A stretch of 63,740 bases of DNA, filler included, from Hyphochytrium catenoides (GCA_900088475.1; 5 parts of 5 records of this genome joined end to end with filler, not necessarily neighbours in it), one strand, 5' to 3'; positions 51,987 to 63,740 are shown, counted from the first letter of the whole stretch. Numbers and translations are program-made. Notes: generated by a model not told the origin, from the sequence alone.

Positions 51987-53455
51987 ATGTCTACCTCTGT
52001 CCCCACGTCGGCCTCTCCATCTCCCTTTAGCGCAGCAATGCTCGCCAAGGAGCCAGCAGGGAAGGAGCAGGCAGGCCCAGAAGCGGTGCGTCCTGCCGCG
52101 CCTCTTCTCTCTCCGTCAGAGTCAAAGCCTGAGGCGCCTCCTCTCCCTGTGCCACCTCCCATCGCGGCCAACAATGCTGACAAGAAGACTGCGGCCACGC
52201 CAATGCCTCCTGCGCCTCCTTCACCATCTCCATCCGTCTCTTCTACCTCTTCTGCACCCAAAAGGAGAGCTTCTACGTCCGGAGGAGCGCCCAAAGTGAC
52301 GCGTCCCGCTGCAGCGCCTTCTCCTACTTCCAAGGGAGAGAAAGAGAGAACAAAGGGAACGTCTGAGGACTCTGCCAACACCTTCGAACGCCTCCATCGC
52401 ATGGCAGAGAAGAAGCAGGTGAGGAAGCGTCCGCGGCGTGTTTTTTCTCTCCATATTTGGAGCTCCTCCTTTAGCAGAGAGAGCTCGCCTGTTTCCGTCT
52501 TTTCCTGCTATAAGCCTTTCTTTCGTACCGCGCTCTGTCTCTCTTCACTTGTTCTCTCTCGCTCTCTCTTGCTCTGTGTCTCTCTTCTCTCTTTCTTTCA
52601 CTCTGTATGTCTTTCAGCTACCGATGTCTCTGACGGTGTTTCCCTGCAGGAGGAACTGGAGAAAAAGAAGGCGGAGTTGGAGATGAAAGAATGCACCTTC
52701 AAGCCAAAGATCCTCCGTCGATCGTCAGCCTCTCCTTCGTCCTCAGGCTCGTCCTCTTCCTCTCAGAATGGAGAGGGAGACACATTTGATCGCCTCTACA
52801 AGCAGAGTCTCGAGTATAAGGAAAGGCTTGAGAGGAGGGCAAGAGAAAGTATGACCGAGTGCTCTTTCTCTCCGTCTATCTCTTCCTCCCAGAGCACTAT
52901 CAAGGACAACTCAGCCAAAGAAGTGGCGAGGCACGAGCGCTTGTATCAGAATGTATGTACTATGTCTTATCTCTTCAGTGCTCTGTCTCTCTTGCTTCAC
53001 CTTCTTTCCTCTTAGTCTCTCTCTCGCTCTCTCTGCCTCTATCACTGCCTTCCCACGCTGGGTCTTCTGTTTGAGATGTAGCGCACGCCAGAAATAAATG
53101 GGTTTTCCTCGATTGGGCTGCCCGTTGGTCTGTCGAAAGTGCCTCGCTTGCCGTAGTTCTGTCTCCTCTCTCTCTCTCTCTCTTTTTCCCCCCTCCTCTC
53201 TCTCCTCTTCTTCTGTATCAGGGCCAGTGTCAGTCTTAAGCTATGCACTCATCTCTCTCTTCTATGATAGGCAAAGCTACAGGAGCAAAAGAAGAAGCAG
53301 CGGGAGAAGGAACTCGAAGATGCAGCGGCTGCTCGTCGTGGCTCCGATATCCGTCCTGAGGAGGTCGAGAAGGTAGTGAGCCGCCTGTACAATGCGGCAG
53401 AACTGCAAGAAAAGTACACCAAGAGGTAGCCATGCATACAAATTTCTCTCGTTTG

Positions 53456-53487
<32 letters not shown>

Positions 53488-54200
53488 CGCTCGCTCGCTC
53501 TCTTCCTTTTCCTCTCTCTCTCTTCTCCACCTCTCTTTCTCCATCCCCTCTTAACTTCCTTTGCTCAATAGTTTTTGAACGTAAACATCTAGGACTTTTT
53601 TGATCCCTCTTCTTTCTTTTCTTTCTCTGTTGTCTCTCTCTCTCTCTTTCCCTCTCCATCACATGCCTGTCACTCCTTCCTGTTCTTTCCCTCACATTCT
53701 TATAGAAAAGTTATGCTCCCTCTCTCACCTCTCTGTCCCTCTCTCACCTTTCCGCTCGACTCCATGGACCTCACAGAGAGCAAAGAAAGAAAGACAAGGA
53801 GATGGAGCAGTGCACCTTCAAGCCCACAATCAAGCCTTCACCTGCCAAAGGAGGCGCTCCAGGAAGAGAAGAAGGTGCTGATGCTACGGTGTACGACCGT
53901 CTCTTCCAAGACGCAGAGAGGATGAAGAAGAAGATGGACGCGAAGAAGTGGGAGAAGGAAAAGGAAGAGATCAATGCGCATACCTTCTCTCCCAAGATCA
54001 ACTCCAGAAGAGAGAGCTTCGGGCCAGGTAAGCGAAGCGGACAGAAAGAACAAAGTAGGCTTTGGGGACAAAGAGAGAGAAAAGAACGAAGGCCCAGGCC
54101 TTGGAGAAGTCCTCTTCTGTCCAAACTGCCGCTGTTCGTGCACTACATACATTCCTCCGTTATTGAACATAAGCTCCTATTGTCTCATCTCCCACTGTCT

Positions 54201-54261
<61 letters not shown>

Positions 54262-55368
54262 ACTAACGCTTTTGTTTCTCTGTTCGAAGGTTCTTCATCT
54301 TCTTCATCGTCCGACGACTCTCCCGCAGCGTTCAAGCGGCTGTATGACACTGCTCACGTCATGAAGGCGAAGAAGGACGCAAAGAGAGAAGAGCTCTACA
54401 AGGCAGATCACACTTTTAAGCCGTCTATTGACCCGAAGAGCGAGAAGATTATGCAGCAGATGGGCCGAGGAGCAGGAGAGAAGAAGCCAGAGAGTCTGGA
54501 AGAGGTAGGAAAGAGACTCTATGACACTGCCGCAAAGATCCAGGAAAAGAGGAGACAGAGTCTTGAGAGAATGGCGGAGGAAGCTCTGCGTTTGGAGTTG
54601 GCACAGTGCACCTTCATGCCCCAGACTAATGGACCAAAGAGCAGGAGCTCATCTCTGTCTCCGGGAAAGAGAGCTAGCTTCACCGACGCTCAGATTCAGG
54701 AGAGAAGAGAAAGCGGATCTGTCTCGCCTAGCCGTGGTCTCTCTATCAACGTAGGACAGCCGCCTTTCCCTCAGCAGCAAAAGCCTCAGGGAAGCCCTCG
54801 TCCTGCTGTCTCCCCCTCTCACTCTCCTAGCCGGTCCGCGTCTCTTCCTGGTCCTGTGGGAGGCTCTCACCCTACCACCGTGTCTCCTCATCCTTCTTCG
54901 CCCACCTTCCCGAGGGCGCCCAGCAGTCCTGGAAGAGCCGGAGGAGCAGCGCCTCCTAGTCCCAGGCACCATCCAACGGGTCCTTCTCCTACTTTAGAGG
55001 GTCCTTCGGTCCCAATTCTCTCTCTTCCTCAGTCTGTGTCCTCCCTACCTCAGGGGGCACCTTCTTCCCCTGCACGGCTTGTGGACCCGTCTCTTATGAG
55101 CGCCCCAGTCCCTTCCCCTAAGCCTATGACGGCTTCTCCTCCTTCTGCCTCGCCACCAAAGGCGATGGTGCCTCCATCAGCCTCTCTTCCTACCACAGTC
55201 TCTCCTTCCGTGCCTGCTCCCTCTCCTGCATCTCTCCCTCCAAGCGCCGTTCCTGCCCAGGCATCCACCTCTTCTCCTGCTCAACCACCTGCGACTGAGG
55301 GACAGAATACACCTTCCACTGCTTCTGCAGGCAGTGGGGCCCCATCCCCAGTGCGCGTTGCGCCCTAA
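51987..55368 (+). CDS. Protein with ~6 (C/H)(T/S)FxPx(I/T) + RLY charged repeats flanked by Pro/Ser-rich termini; multi-exon
   Basis: ECTFKPKI, ECSFSPSI, QCTFKPTI, HTFSPKI, HTFKPSI and QCTFMPQT alternate with FERLH/FDRLY/ERLY/SRLY/DRLF/KRLY; GT-AG introns are CT-rich; stop 55368. Confidence 0.75.
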
Positions 55369-55889
55369 GCAGTTTCATCACTCAGTTATATTTTGCCCTC
55401 TGTGAAACAGAGATGACTATGAAGAAGGGAAAAACAAGCCATAGGAACAGCAGGGAGAGAGAGAGAGAGATACTGAGGGACCAGGCCCGTCCTCTCCCTA
55501 GCAGTCGCAGCTGGTGAAGTAAGAAGCTGAGGGAGTCAGCAGTGTACTGCGTACAGCCCATCCAGCTTAAGTGTTTTTAATACTATTAACGCTGCGTCAG
55601 CAAAAGAACAACGGCCCTCTGTCTCACCTCTCCTTTCCCTCAATAATTGTCCGCGAGCCTCTAACATCCCACAGAAGTCCCCATGAAGGCCATTCTTGGC
55701 GTTGCCCCTGCCTTGGATCACGCTATGGCCACAGCAAGAGAGAGAGAGAGAGGAAGAGCCTGACTGGAGTCCAATCCTCTCCTATTTAGCGCGAAGCAAG
55801 ATTGTCTCTCTTGCTCTTATACTTCTCTTCCCCCTTCCATTCCCAACCTTCCTCTTCTCTCAATCTCTGCTGTCTCTCTGCTTTCTCTA

Positions 55890-55989
55890 NNNNNNNNNNN
55901 NNNNNNNNNNNNNNNNNNNNNNNNNNNNNNNNNTTAATTAATTAANNNNNNNNNNNNNNNNNNNNNNNNNNNNNNNNNNNNNNNNNNNN
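55890..55989. other. Artificial contig spacer
   Basis: N-run with central TTAATTAATTAA. Confidence 0.95.
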
Positions 55990-56289
55990 AGAGAGAGAGA
56001 GAGAGCAAGAGAGAAAGGGAAGAGAGACACACAGCGGCAGAAAAAGACGGAAGAATAGAGAGACAGAGAAGGAAAGAGACAGGAGATATAACTTCTGAAA
56101 GAGGACGGCGCCGTCCGAGAGAGCTGAGAAGCGACCCAGGTTGAGACCGGGCGAGGAGAGGAATACACCGAGAAAGAAGAGCAACCAGAAAGCGCCAGAG
56201 ACACAAAGAGAAAGAAACTATTTAGATGGAGAGAGAGGAAGGGACAGACAGGGAAAGAATGAGCAAGAGAGAGAAAGAAGGGAAGAGAC

Positions 56290-56634
56290 CTGTTTGTGTC
56301 GGATGTACTCGTCTCTGACCACTCCCTCACTGCCCAGGTTCTTATACACTTCCCACAGGCGCCGCAGCGCCGCGCCTCTCTCCTCGGCCAGCGCGGCCCG
56401 GAGCTGAGGCTGCAGCGCGCTGTAAAGCTTCTCAATAACTTCTGAGAGAACACTTCGGCGCGTTGAAGCCTCAGGCATGTCAGAGAGCACCTACTCGAGA
56501 GAAGAAGAGAGACAAGAGAAAGAAGAGAGAGAGAGAGAGAGAGAGAGGAAGAGAGAGAGAGAGTGAGGAAGAGAGAGAGAGAAAGAGAGAGAATGAGAGA
56601 GAAAGAGAGAGGATGAGAGAGAAAGAGAGAGAGA

Positions 56635-56668
<34 letters not shown>

Positions 56669-58699
56669 GAGGAAGGGTGTGTGAGAGAGAACACCACGAG
56701 CGAAACTTATGGGGCGATAAGAAACTTGGAAGATAGATGATAAAGTGCCAGATAGAGAAGGGAAGACTGGCGGCAGGGAAGACGAAAGTGTCTAGACAGG
56801 AAAGAGAAGATGCGCAAAGAGCCTGCGGACAACTCCAGAGATGGTACAAAGAAGGAAAGGACTGAACCATTAAAAGGGGAAGAAGAAAAAAGAGGTAGTG
56901 AGCAGAAAGAAGAGAGAAGGGAGACGGGAAATGAGCAAGAAGGCACAGAAGATGGGAGAGAGGAGAGAAAAACAAAAAAAAAGGAAAGCAGAGAGAAAGA
57001 GACACAAAAAATAAGAGAGAGAAAGAGAAAGAAAGAAGAAGAGAACGGGAAAAGGAGAAGGAAGTTGAGAGGATCCAAGCGAGAGACACCAAGAGACAAA
57101 ACGAGAGACAAAGGGAGAGAAGGAGATGGAGAGACATAGAGAGAGATGAAGAGACATAGAAAAAGAGAGAGAGAAATCTCTATCCAAAACAACAGAGTCT
57201 TTCGGCCAAATGTCCCCGTCTTTCGTTCCTGTTCTCCTCTTCTCAGTGGCATTTTACCTTGAGGCTTCGCCTCAGCAGCTCGACTTCCTCGACGGCGACG
57301 TCCAAGTCAAAGTCTTCAGAGGCCAGGCGCTGGCTCAGCTGGCGCACCGTGCGGCCCCAGTTAGCGGCCTCTCTCAGTGTGTCAGAGCAGAGAGAGAGAC
57401 GGATCTTAAGGTCCTCAAGGCGAGAGAGACCCTTCGAGCAGTGAACAGTGAGGGGAGAAAGTGTAGCAAAGGATTGAAGGAGAGAGAGAGAGAGAGAGAG
57501 AGTGGATGAGGATGTGTCAGAAAGCGAAAGCGAGGAGTGAGGAGCTTGAAGCGGAGAAGAGGTTGAGACGGGAGAGAGAGAGAGCAAGCAAGAAAGAACA
57601 GAAGAGAGACACGGAGAGAGAGAGAGAGAGAGAGCAAGTAAAAGATCTTAAAATGAGAGAGAGAAGGGAGAGAGAGAGAGAAAGAAAGAGAGAGAGAGAG
57701 AGGAGAGGAGAGAAGAGGCAGAGACAGACAGAGAGAGAGAGAAAGAAGAGAGAGAGAGAGAGAAAGATAGAGAGAGAAGGGGAAAAAGAGAGAGAGGGGG
57801 AGATGAGTAGAGAGGAAAAACGGGAAGGAGAGAGGGAGAGTCACGCATACCCAAGTCATACCCACAGACAAAGAAAGAGAGGGGGGGAAGTGGGGGAATA
57901 ACACGAACAAAACAAGGCTCGGTAGCGGAACTGCAGAAATATGCTAGAGAGGGAAGGGAAGTGAGCGCCGACAAAGAGAGTAAAAGAAGAGAGAGAGAGA
58001 GAAGGAGCTAGAGAGAGGACCAGATGCACTTAGGGACGGAAAGTGAGAGGGATCAGCTGTGTACATTGGCGGCAAAGAGGTAAATCACGGGAAAGGGGAG
58101 AGAGAGAGAGAGAATTCTCACTTCAATCCCTTGCAACGATTCTTCCTCTGTGGAGGAAAGGTCATGAGATACAATGTCGAGCTGCTGGCGGAGGCTCAAG
58201 GCGCAGCGCTCTACTGCCCCCACTTCTGCCTGCGAGACAGTGGTTGCATGTGAAGAGAAGAGGAAGAGGGAGAGAGGCGAGAGAAGATACACACAGACCG
58301 AGAAAGAGTCAGAGAGAGAGAATAAGAGAGAGAAGAAAATGAAGCACAGACAATGTCTGGCGCCAGCAGCTCAAATCTGTGGCCTACTCAAATGTAATTC
58401 AGAGAGCAAAAGGGATCTGTAAGTGCAGAGAGAAAGTCAAATAAAGAAATTTTGGGCAGAGCTTGCTTTTCCTTTCGAAGGCGCATGAGCGTTCGAACCT
58501 TGACTGCAGGCACGACGTCGAGAAGACGGCTCATCAACGTGTCGAGCTCATCGTTCATATCCTGGGACATGATCTGCAGCTTTGTCAAGACGGAGTTGAG
58601 GTGCGAGTCCACATGGTCTCCGACAGGCTTGGAGCGCAGGGTGACATTCACCCATTCATAAACGTCAAAGGACTCCGCAGAAAAAGCGTCTCTCTCCAT
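56290..58699 (-). CDS. COG7: Conserved oligomeric Golgi complex subunit 7, N-terminal part only (cut by contig end)
   Basis: FSAESFDVYEWVN..LTKLQI, LREAANW and SLK|VLSDMPE..L.PQL.AAL follow the COG7 N-terminal pattern over four exons. Confidence 0.75.
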
Positions 58700-59269
58700 T
58701 TCTTCCGCTGGCGGTGGTCAACCTAGCAGACAAGGACGAAGGATGGCCCTATGCAATAATGCTTCTTTTGCAGCTCATAGAACGACCATGGTGCCAAGAG
58801 CTCAAGCCTCTCCTGCATCTTCCAGGCCCTTGGATCCTCTACCATCGTACAGTGTAGGAGTAGCGCCCTCAGCCCTCAGACGGTCATCTCCTTCTCTTAC
58901 TGGAGACTCTGTCATCGCGTCATCGTGAATCTTCCAGGCCTCGTGTCTTCATAATCTTCAATCTTCAATCAGAAAAAAATCTTCGCCAAAACGCATTGAC
59001 CCAAATCAACCTGAAGACCTGGAGGTCGTATAAGTGATAACTAATAAATGTCGGTAGCTGATAACCCCTCGGCTAGTTTATGGGTTATTGGGTTCTAATC
59101 CAATCCATGATCCATGACTGATTACCGTTCCAAAATCTGATTCTGATTCGATGATCAATATTGTCCTTTCAGTCTGGAGTGCTTGCTCTCTTGATCCCCT
59201 CGCTCCTGCTGCTTGGCTCTTGTTTCTCTCTCTCCCTCTCGCTGGGTGCGCTCTCTCGTTCCCTCTGGC

Positions 59270-59307
59270 TCTCTCTCTTGCTTTCTCTCTCTCTCTCTCT
59301 CTCTCTC

Positions 59308-59358
<51 letters not shown>

Positions 59359-59384
59359 CTCGCTCTCGCTCTCTCGCTCTCTCT

Positions 59385-59415
<31 letters not shown>
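59270..59415. repeat. (CT)n/(CTCGCT)n microsatellite in divergent intergenic region
   Basis: Directly visible. Confidence 0.9.
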
Positions 59416-59578
59416 CTCAGTCTTTTCTCTCTTCTCTCTGTCAAAAAGTAAAAGTTGTATCGGTACTCGCTGTCTCAGCTGAAGTGCTTGGCTAGCCCTC
59501 AAAACTCACTTCTAGAGCTGCATCTACCTCATCATCTACCATTGAGTGGGAAGCAAGGCCAGAGAGAGAGAGGGAGAG

Positions 59579-59760
59579 ATGAGCCAAGAAGGAGAGAAAG
59601 TAGTCGACGCAGAAGACGCGCCTCGCGATGCGCAGGAACAGCTGCTCTCTCTCTTGCCGCCTGAGCTGAAAGAGTCACTCGGAGGCTTCTCTCCCGCCAG
59701 CGACGAAAAGGAAGCGGTCAAGGGCTTTCAAGCTCTCTCTGCCTTCACCTTCAACAATGG
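59579..59760 (+). CDS. Probable first exon of an unassigned gene (rest lost at contig break)
   Basis: MSQEGEKVVDAEDAPRDAQEQLLSLLPPELKE..FNN, then a GT donor and a long CT-rich intron-like tract; divergent from COG7. Confidence 0.5.
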
Positions 59761-60073
59761 TGGGGAGAGGGCCCCTCTGCTTTTTCTTTCTTTCTGTCTC
59801 TCTCTTTCTGTGTCTCTCTTCCTTTCTCTTTCTTGTTTCTCCTGCCTCTGTAGTCTCTTTCTGCCGCATCTCCCTCTTCCCGTCCATACTCTCTCCCCTT
59901 TCCTGTCTTCGCTCTCTCCTTTTCTCTCTTCTCTTTTTCCTCCTTCCGTTAGTATCCCTCTATCTGTCTCTCTCCCCTCTCTGCTTTCCTGCTGGCCGAG
60001 TTCTCTATGGCTTCTCTTTTCCCCGCCTTTGAAGCCTCCCTTTCTCTGGCCGCTCGTTCCTTTCCTGTCTCTC

Positions 60074-60104
<31 letters not shown>

Positions 60105-60196
60105 CTTTCTCTCTTTCTCTCGCTCCTCTCTCACTCCATACGAAAAACGCGCACTCTCTCTCTACACTCTCTCTCTGTCTCCTTCTCTCTCTTCAA

Positions 60197-60231
<35 letters not shown>

Positions 60232-60305
60232 CCTACCTTCCCCTCTCTTTACTCATTTACATGCTCTTCTCTGTCTCGCTTCTCTTTTCTCTCTATTGCA
60301 GTAAT

Positions 60306-60405
60306 NNNNNNNNNNNNNNNNNNNNNNNNNNNNNNNNNNNNNNNNNNNNTTAATTAATTAANNNNNNNNNNNNNNNNNNNNNNNNNNNNNNNNNNNNNNN
60401 NNNNN
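60306..60405. other. Artificial contig spacer
   Basis: N-run with central TTAATTAATTAA. Confidence 0.95.
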
Positions 60406-60899
60406 ACAAACATGTCGCATCAGCAATTGGAACAGGACAGCTGCCGCCCTTTCATGGCCCTCTGGGCTCAAACCCCTGTGATATCCTTCTCGTTTATCTA
60501 TTCGTCATGCTCTCCGCTGTCACTTCCACTTCCTTGGCAACTTTAATCTCATATGGTGCTTCTTGTTCTTATTGGAAAGTCTAATTACTGTCGTTATTAT
60601 ATGCAACTGATTGGCCCTCGGTTGCCTGGTTTGATCAAGAAGCCTGCATTACCACGGCAAGAGGTGTTCGCAGATGCTCAATAAAAATCTTCGAAGCTCT
60701 TCACAATAGTCCTTTACGGTGTTGCGCACCAGACAAGTAGTACGGAACCTATCCTTTTGCTTGGGCAAGAAGAAGGCCCGGACCACCGGGCCATGCCCCT
60801 TGACGACCATTCACTGTCCGCTTGGAGCTCTGATAATAAGCCGATGAGGCTTTCTTCGCACTTTGTCCTGAGAGATCACAAGATTTTCATCTTCAATGT

Positions 60900-61050
60900 A
60901 AGGTAAGAAGGGCTGGGGAAAAGTCCGAAGAATGGCTTTACGTTAGGGCGATATCTTCTAGCACACTCTTTATGAGAGCAGCTCGCAGCTTCCAGTCGGG
61001 AATATCTCAGTCTGGGTCCTGGGGATGCTGGAGGGGTTTCTCACATCCCT
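60900..61050. repeat. Dispersed repeat copy (direct repeat with 62303-62430)
   Basis: GGT(A/G)AGAAGGGCTGGG(G)AAAAGTC..AATG..GC..ACGTTA..GGGCG ... GGGTCCTGGGG..CTGGAG(T)GGGTTTCTCAC is shared with the second copy. Confidence 0.75.
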
Positions 61051-61571
61051 TACATGCCCCTCCACGGCTCGAAGGTGAATGAAAATGATCCTTCATCAGA
61101 GCGAGAGATACCTTTTTTGGTGACTTATTGGGGTGTGAGTTGTTTTGTCATTGTAACTCCTCTCAAAGGACAACCTTTCGCCGTCGCTATGTGTTATCAA
61201 TGGGGAGGCTGTGCATTGGTGTTTGTTCAGGAGGTGATTATACCTCTCTTGTTGGTGTGGGGCCGAGTTTCTTATCGTTGTTGAGTTCAGAGTCTTTATA
61301 TTTATATTCTTCTTCGGTACTCCTTTATGATGTGTGGAGTAGCTGGTCGTAAGAGTCGCACGTGTTCAAAGCTGAGCGACATCATTTGCTTCTTCGTAGG
61401 ACTATCTATCGGCGTCCCGAGCCTATCGAGATAGTTTTTGCCGTCTTCATCACCGTATGCGCGCTATCAATGAGGGCCGGAGATGAACTCCCGGGGAGTA
61501 TACAGCCGTTTGGGACCGTCCTGTTGAGGTGATCGAGGCTTATTTAGAGCTTTTCCATCACTCCTACACAA

Positions 61572-62229
61572 ATGGTTTACGTGCTTTCTGGGATGACTTA
61601 TTATCAACTCAGTCTTCTTCGTGCTGTCTGTTAGGTGGGGGTGCGTATTGTTGATGGTATTGATGAAGTTTTGAATGAAGAGAATGAACTTCACCGCCGT
61701 ATTGGTGGCCTCATCATCATATCATCGTCTGCATCCGGCTCAAAGGTAGGCAGGATGTGGTGCCGTACTGTCTAGTTTGTACGCTGGTCTGACGGCTATT
61801 GATTGGCTTGATTTGGCTTCTCTTGTAAGCCTTGGTTTTCAGCTTTTTTCATCTGCCCAAAGAGCTCAGTAAACTGACAGACTCTGTCTGCTAGTGTTTG
61901 CGACGAAAGATCTCTTTGTCTCGATGAATAGTCAGCAGAGCACTTTACTTTCATCTCCGCCAGGGTTTGCTGAAAACCGAGGCTTACACCAAGCCAATCA
62001 ACAGCCGTCAAACCAGCGTACAGAGCAGACAGTACAGCACCACATCCTGCCTACCTTCGAGCCGGATGCAGACGATGCGATGATGAGGCCAATACGGGTG
62101 AAGTTCATTCTCTTCATTCAAAACAACAACTGCAAGGATACCATCAACATACGCATCCCCACCTAACATCTAACAGACAGCACAAAGAAGACTGAGTTGA
62201 CAAGTCGTCTCAGAAAGCACGTAAATCAT
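61572..62229. repeat. Long imperfect inverted repeat (arms 61572-61843 and 61969-62229)
   Basis: Arms are reverse complements, e.g. TTTACGTGCTTTCTG/CAGAAAGCACGTAAA, TTTTGAATGAAGAGAATGAACTTCACC/GGTGAAGTTCATTCTCTTCATTCAAAA and CATCGTCTGCATCCGGCTC/GAGCCGGATGCAGACGATG. Confidence 0.95.
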
Positions 62230-62302
62230 GGAAAGTTGACGCTCAACGAGAAGGACATCGCGGAGGATCTCTCTATCCTGGCGAATGCACCATGATGTCA
62301 TA

Positions 62303-62430
62303 CGGTGAGAAGGGCTGGGAAAAGTCGGAATGATGGCATGACGTTACAAGGGCGGCGCTCTCTTTAGAGAGGAGAGCAAATCTTATTCGGGGTCCTGGGG
62401 GTTACCTGGAGTGGGTTTCTCACCACCCCT
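62303..62430. repeat. Dispersed repeat copy (direct repeat with 60900-61050)
   Basis: Same colinear blocks as the 60.9 kb copy, with an internal deletion. Confidence 0.75.
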
Positions 62431-62677
62431 CTGAACCCACAACCTATATACTCCTGGAGGAGATTTGAGGCTCGAAGAGTAACCTTGCTCCAGGAGGAGT
62501 ACTGGCTTGATTATGGGTGGAGGAGGAGGTTATTATGGAAGGAGAAAGGAAAGCTGCGTTCCGATCGCGGCTCCAAAACCGATGAGCCGAGCGGCATTGA
62601 CAGATCTGAGCCTCTGCAGTCTGCAGCCCGTCTCCGCGCCCATATGAGCTTGAGCTGACCGCACACTAGCGCGAACC

Positions 62678-63740
62678 ATGGACCAGGGGCTCTCTCTCAA
62701 TATCACTGTCGGCGAAGGGCGTAAGGCCAGTAAGAAGGAGAAGCACAAGTCTAATAGCTTCTGGAAGAACCGCAAGGGACTGCAGTCTCGAAAGTCCAGC
62801 CAAGGTCGCTCTACTCCCGGGCCACCTCAACCAAAAACTTTCGAGGCCAGAGGAAAGGATGGCTTCGACAACAAGAATGGGAACAAGCCTGCCCAACGGT
62901 CTCAACCGACTTCTAGGTCGAGAGAGGAGATTGATAGCCTTCAAGCCAAGAGCACACCGGGAGTGCCTAATGACAGAACACAGAGTCAACGAAAGCGAAG
63001 TGATAGCAAAGCATCCGTTCCTGCATCGGTCGCGGGAAGGAACGATGCTCAGGCTAAGACGTCAGACGACCAGGGCGCTGCTAATTTAGACACAGAGAGT
63101 TCAGTTCCTAGGCCAGTGCAGGAGGGGCCACGGGCGCCTTTCACGCCGGCTAACGGAGCAAGGGCTCAGAGGAAGGACCCAGGTGTGGGATCGAGCACGA
63201 GTCAACTGTCCGCCAGCCCTATGAAGTCTTCAGCAACTGCAGCGACGCTTGATGTAGGGAGCAAGCCGTACGGGACAAGAAAGCAACCGCGAAAGATTGA
63301 TGAGCATCAGGCACTGGCGGAGACTCGAAAGGCGCAGGCAAAGGTTTTAGCTATCACAAGGCAAGCGGAGGAGCTGCAGAGCTCAGCGAAGAAGCGGAAG
63401 AGAGAGCGATCAGAGGGCTCCATCACCGCGAGTGCTCCGTTGCAAAGCTTTAAGGATCTAGATCTTCATCCGTGGCTTGTGAAGCTCTTAGAGTCTCCCG
63501 TCAGCGACGGAGGCTTTGGATTTAGCCGGCCCACCAGCATTCAATCTAAGGCTATCCCTTCTCTTCTTAAAGGCCAGGACGTTCTCGTGAAAAGTGAGAC
63601 TGGCAGTGGGAAGACACTGACCTTCCTCATCCCCATTATTCAGGATCTACAAGGGCGGCAGCCACGAGTGCAGCGCTCCGACGGTACTCGAGCCTTAATA
63701 CTTGCGCCTACCCGAGAGCTATGCCAGCAGATCGCTGCGG
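62678..63740 (+). CDS. DBP7: DEAD-box RNA helicase, DBP7/DDX31 type; runs off window
   Basis: Open frame from MDQGLSLNI; Q motif GFSRPTSIQ, SETGSGKT, QRSDGTRALILAPTREL. Confidence 0.85.
   Translation, partial: MDQGLSLNITVGEGRKASKKEKHKSNSFWKNRKGLQSRKSSQGRSTPGPPQPKTFEARGKDGFDNKNGNKPAQRSQPTSRSREEIDSLQAKSTPGVPNDRTQSQRKRSDSKASVPASVAGRNDAQAKTSDDQGAANLDTESSVPRPVQEGPRAPFTPANGARAQRKDPGVGSSTSQLSASPMKSSATAATLDVGSKPYGTRKQPRKIDEHQALAETRKAQAKVLAITRQAEELQSSAKKRKRERSEGSITASAPLQSFKDLDLHPWLVKLLESPVSDGGFGFSRPTSIQSKAIPSLLKGQDVLVKSETGSGKTLTFLIPIIQDLQGRQPRVQRSDGTRALILAPTRELCQQIAA

Noticed and set aside
55934-60357. Long Leu/Ser- or Arg/Glu-rich ORFs (e.g. 399 aa at 55938-57137; also 13185-13719, 32295-32993)
   Set aside because: Translations of (CT)n/(GA)n microsatellites, which lack stop codons.
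1-63740. Alternative genetic code, selenocysteine readthrough, CRISPR array, rRNA/snRNA genes
   Set aside because: In-frame stops in the genes I traced are explained by introns; no regular repeat-spacer array or conserved RNA signature was seen.

Overview
Eukaryotic, intron-rich (mostly short GT-AG introns, standard code, about 50% GC) protist DNA. A stramenopile/SAR origin is inferred from a tenascin/mastigoneme-type EGF protein, a CDPK and an oomycete-type hAT relic. The window is five contigs joined by artificial 100-nt N/TTAATTAATTAA/N spacers, so adjacency across 27.8, 51.0, 55.9 and 60.3 kb is unverified, and three genes are cut there. Genes in order: a small mitochondrion-targeted protein with a prokaryote-like beta-rich domain; a DysF+DDHD phospholipase A1; a secreted EGF-repeat protein; a CDPK; an intronless cytochrome P450; LCLAT1-type acyltransferase; SENP8; peroxisomal thiolase; an MBL-fold hydrolase; an ankyrin/C-terminal F-box protein; a decayed hAT transposon; a full-size ABCA (partial); a Pro-rich TFxP/RLY-repeat protein; COG7 (partial); an unassigned first exon; DBP7/DDX31 (partial). 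The best unexplained structures are a ~660-nt foldback at 61.6-62.2 kb and two microsatellite-embedded ~300-nt structured islands (13.0 kb and 51.2 kb) that share the same bipartite motif at identical spacing. All family assignments come from motif recognition by eye; no searches were run. CDS coordinates are gene spans including introns.
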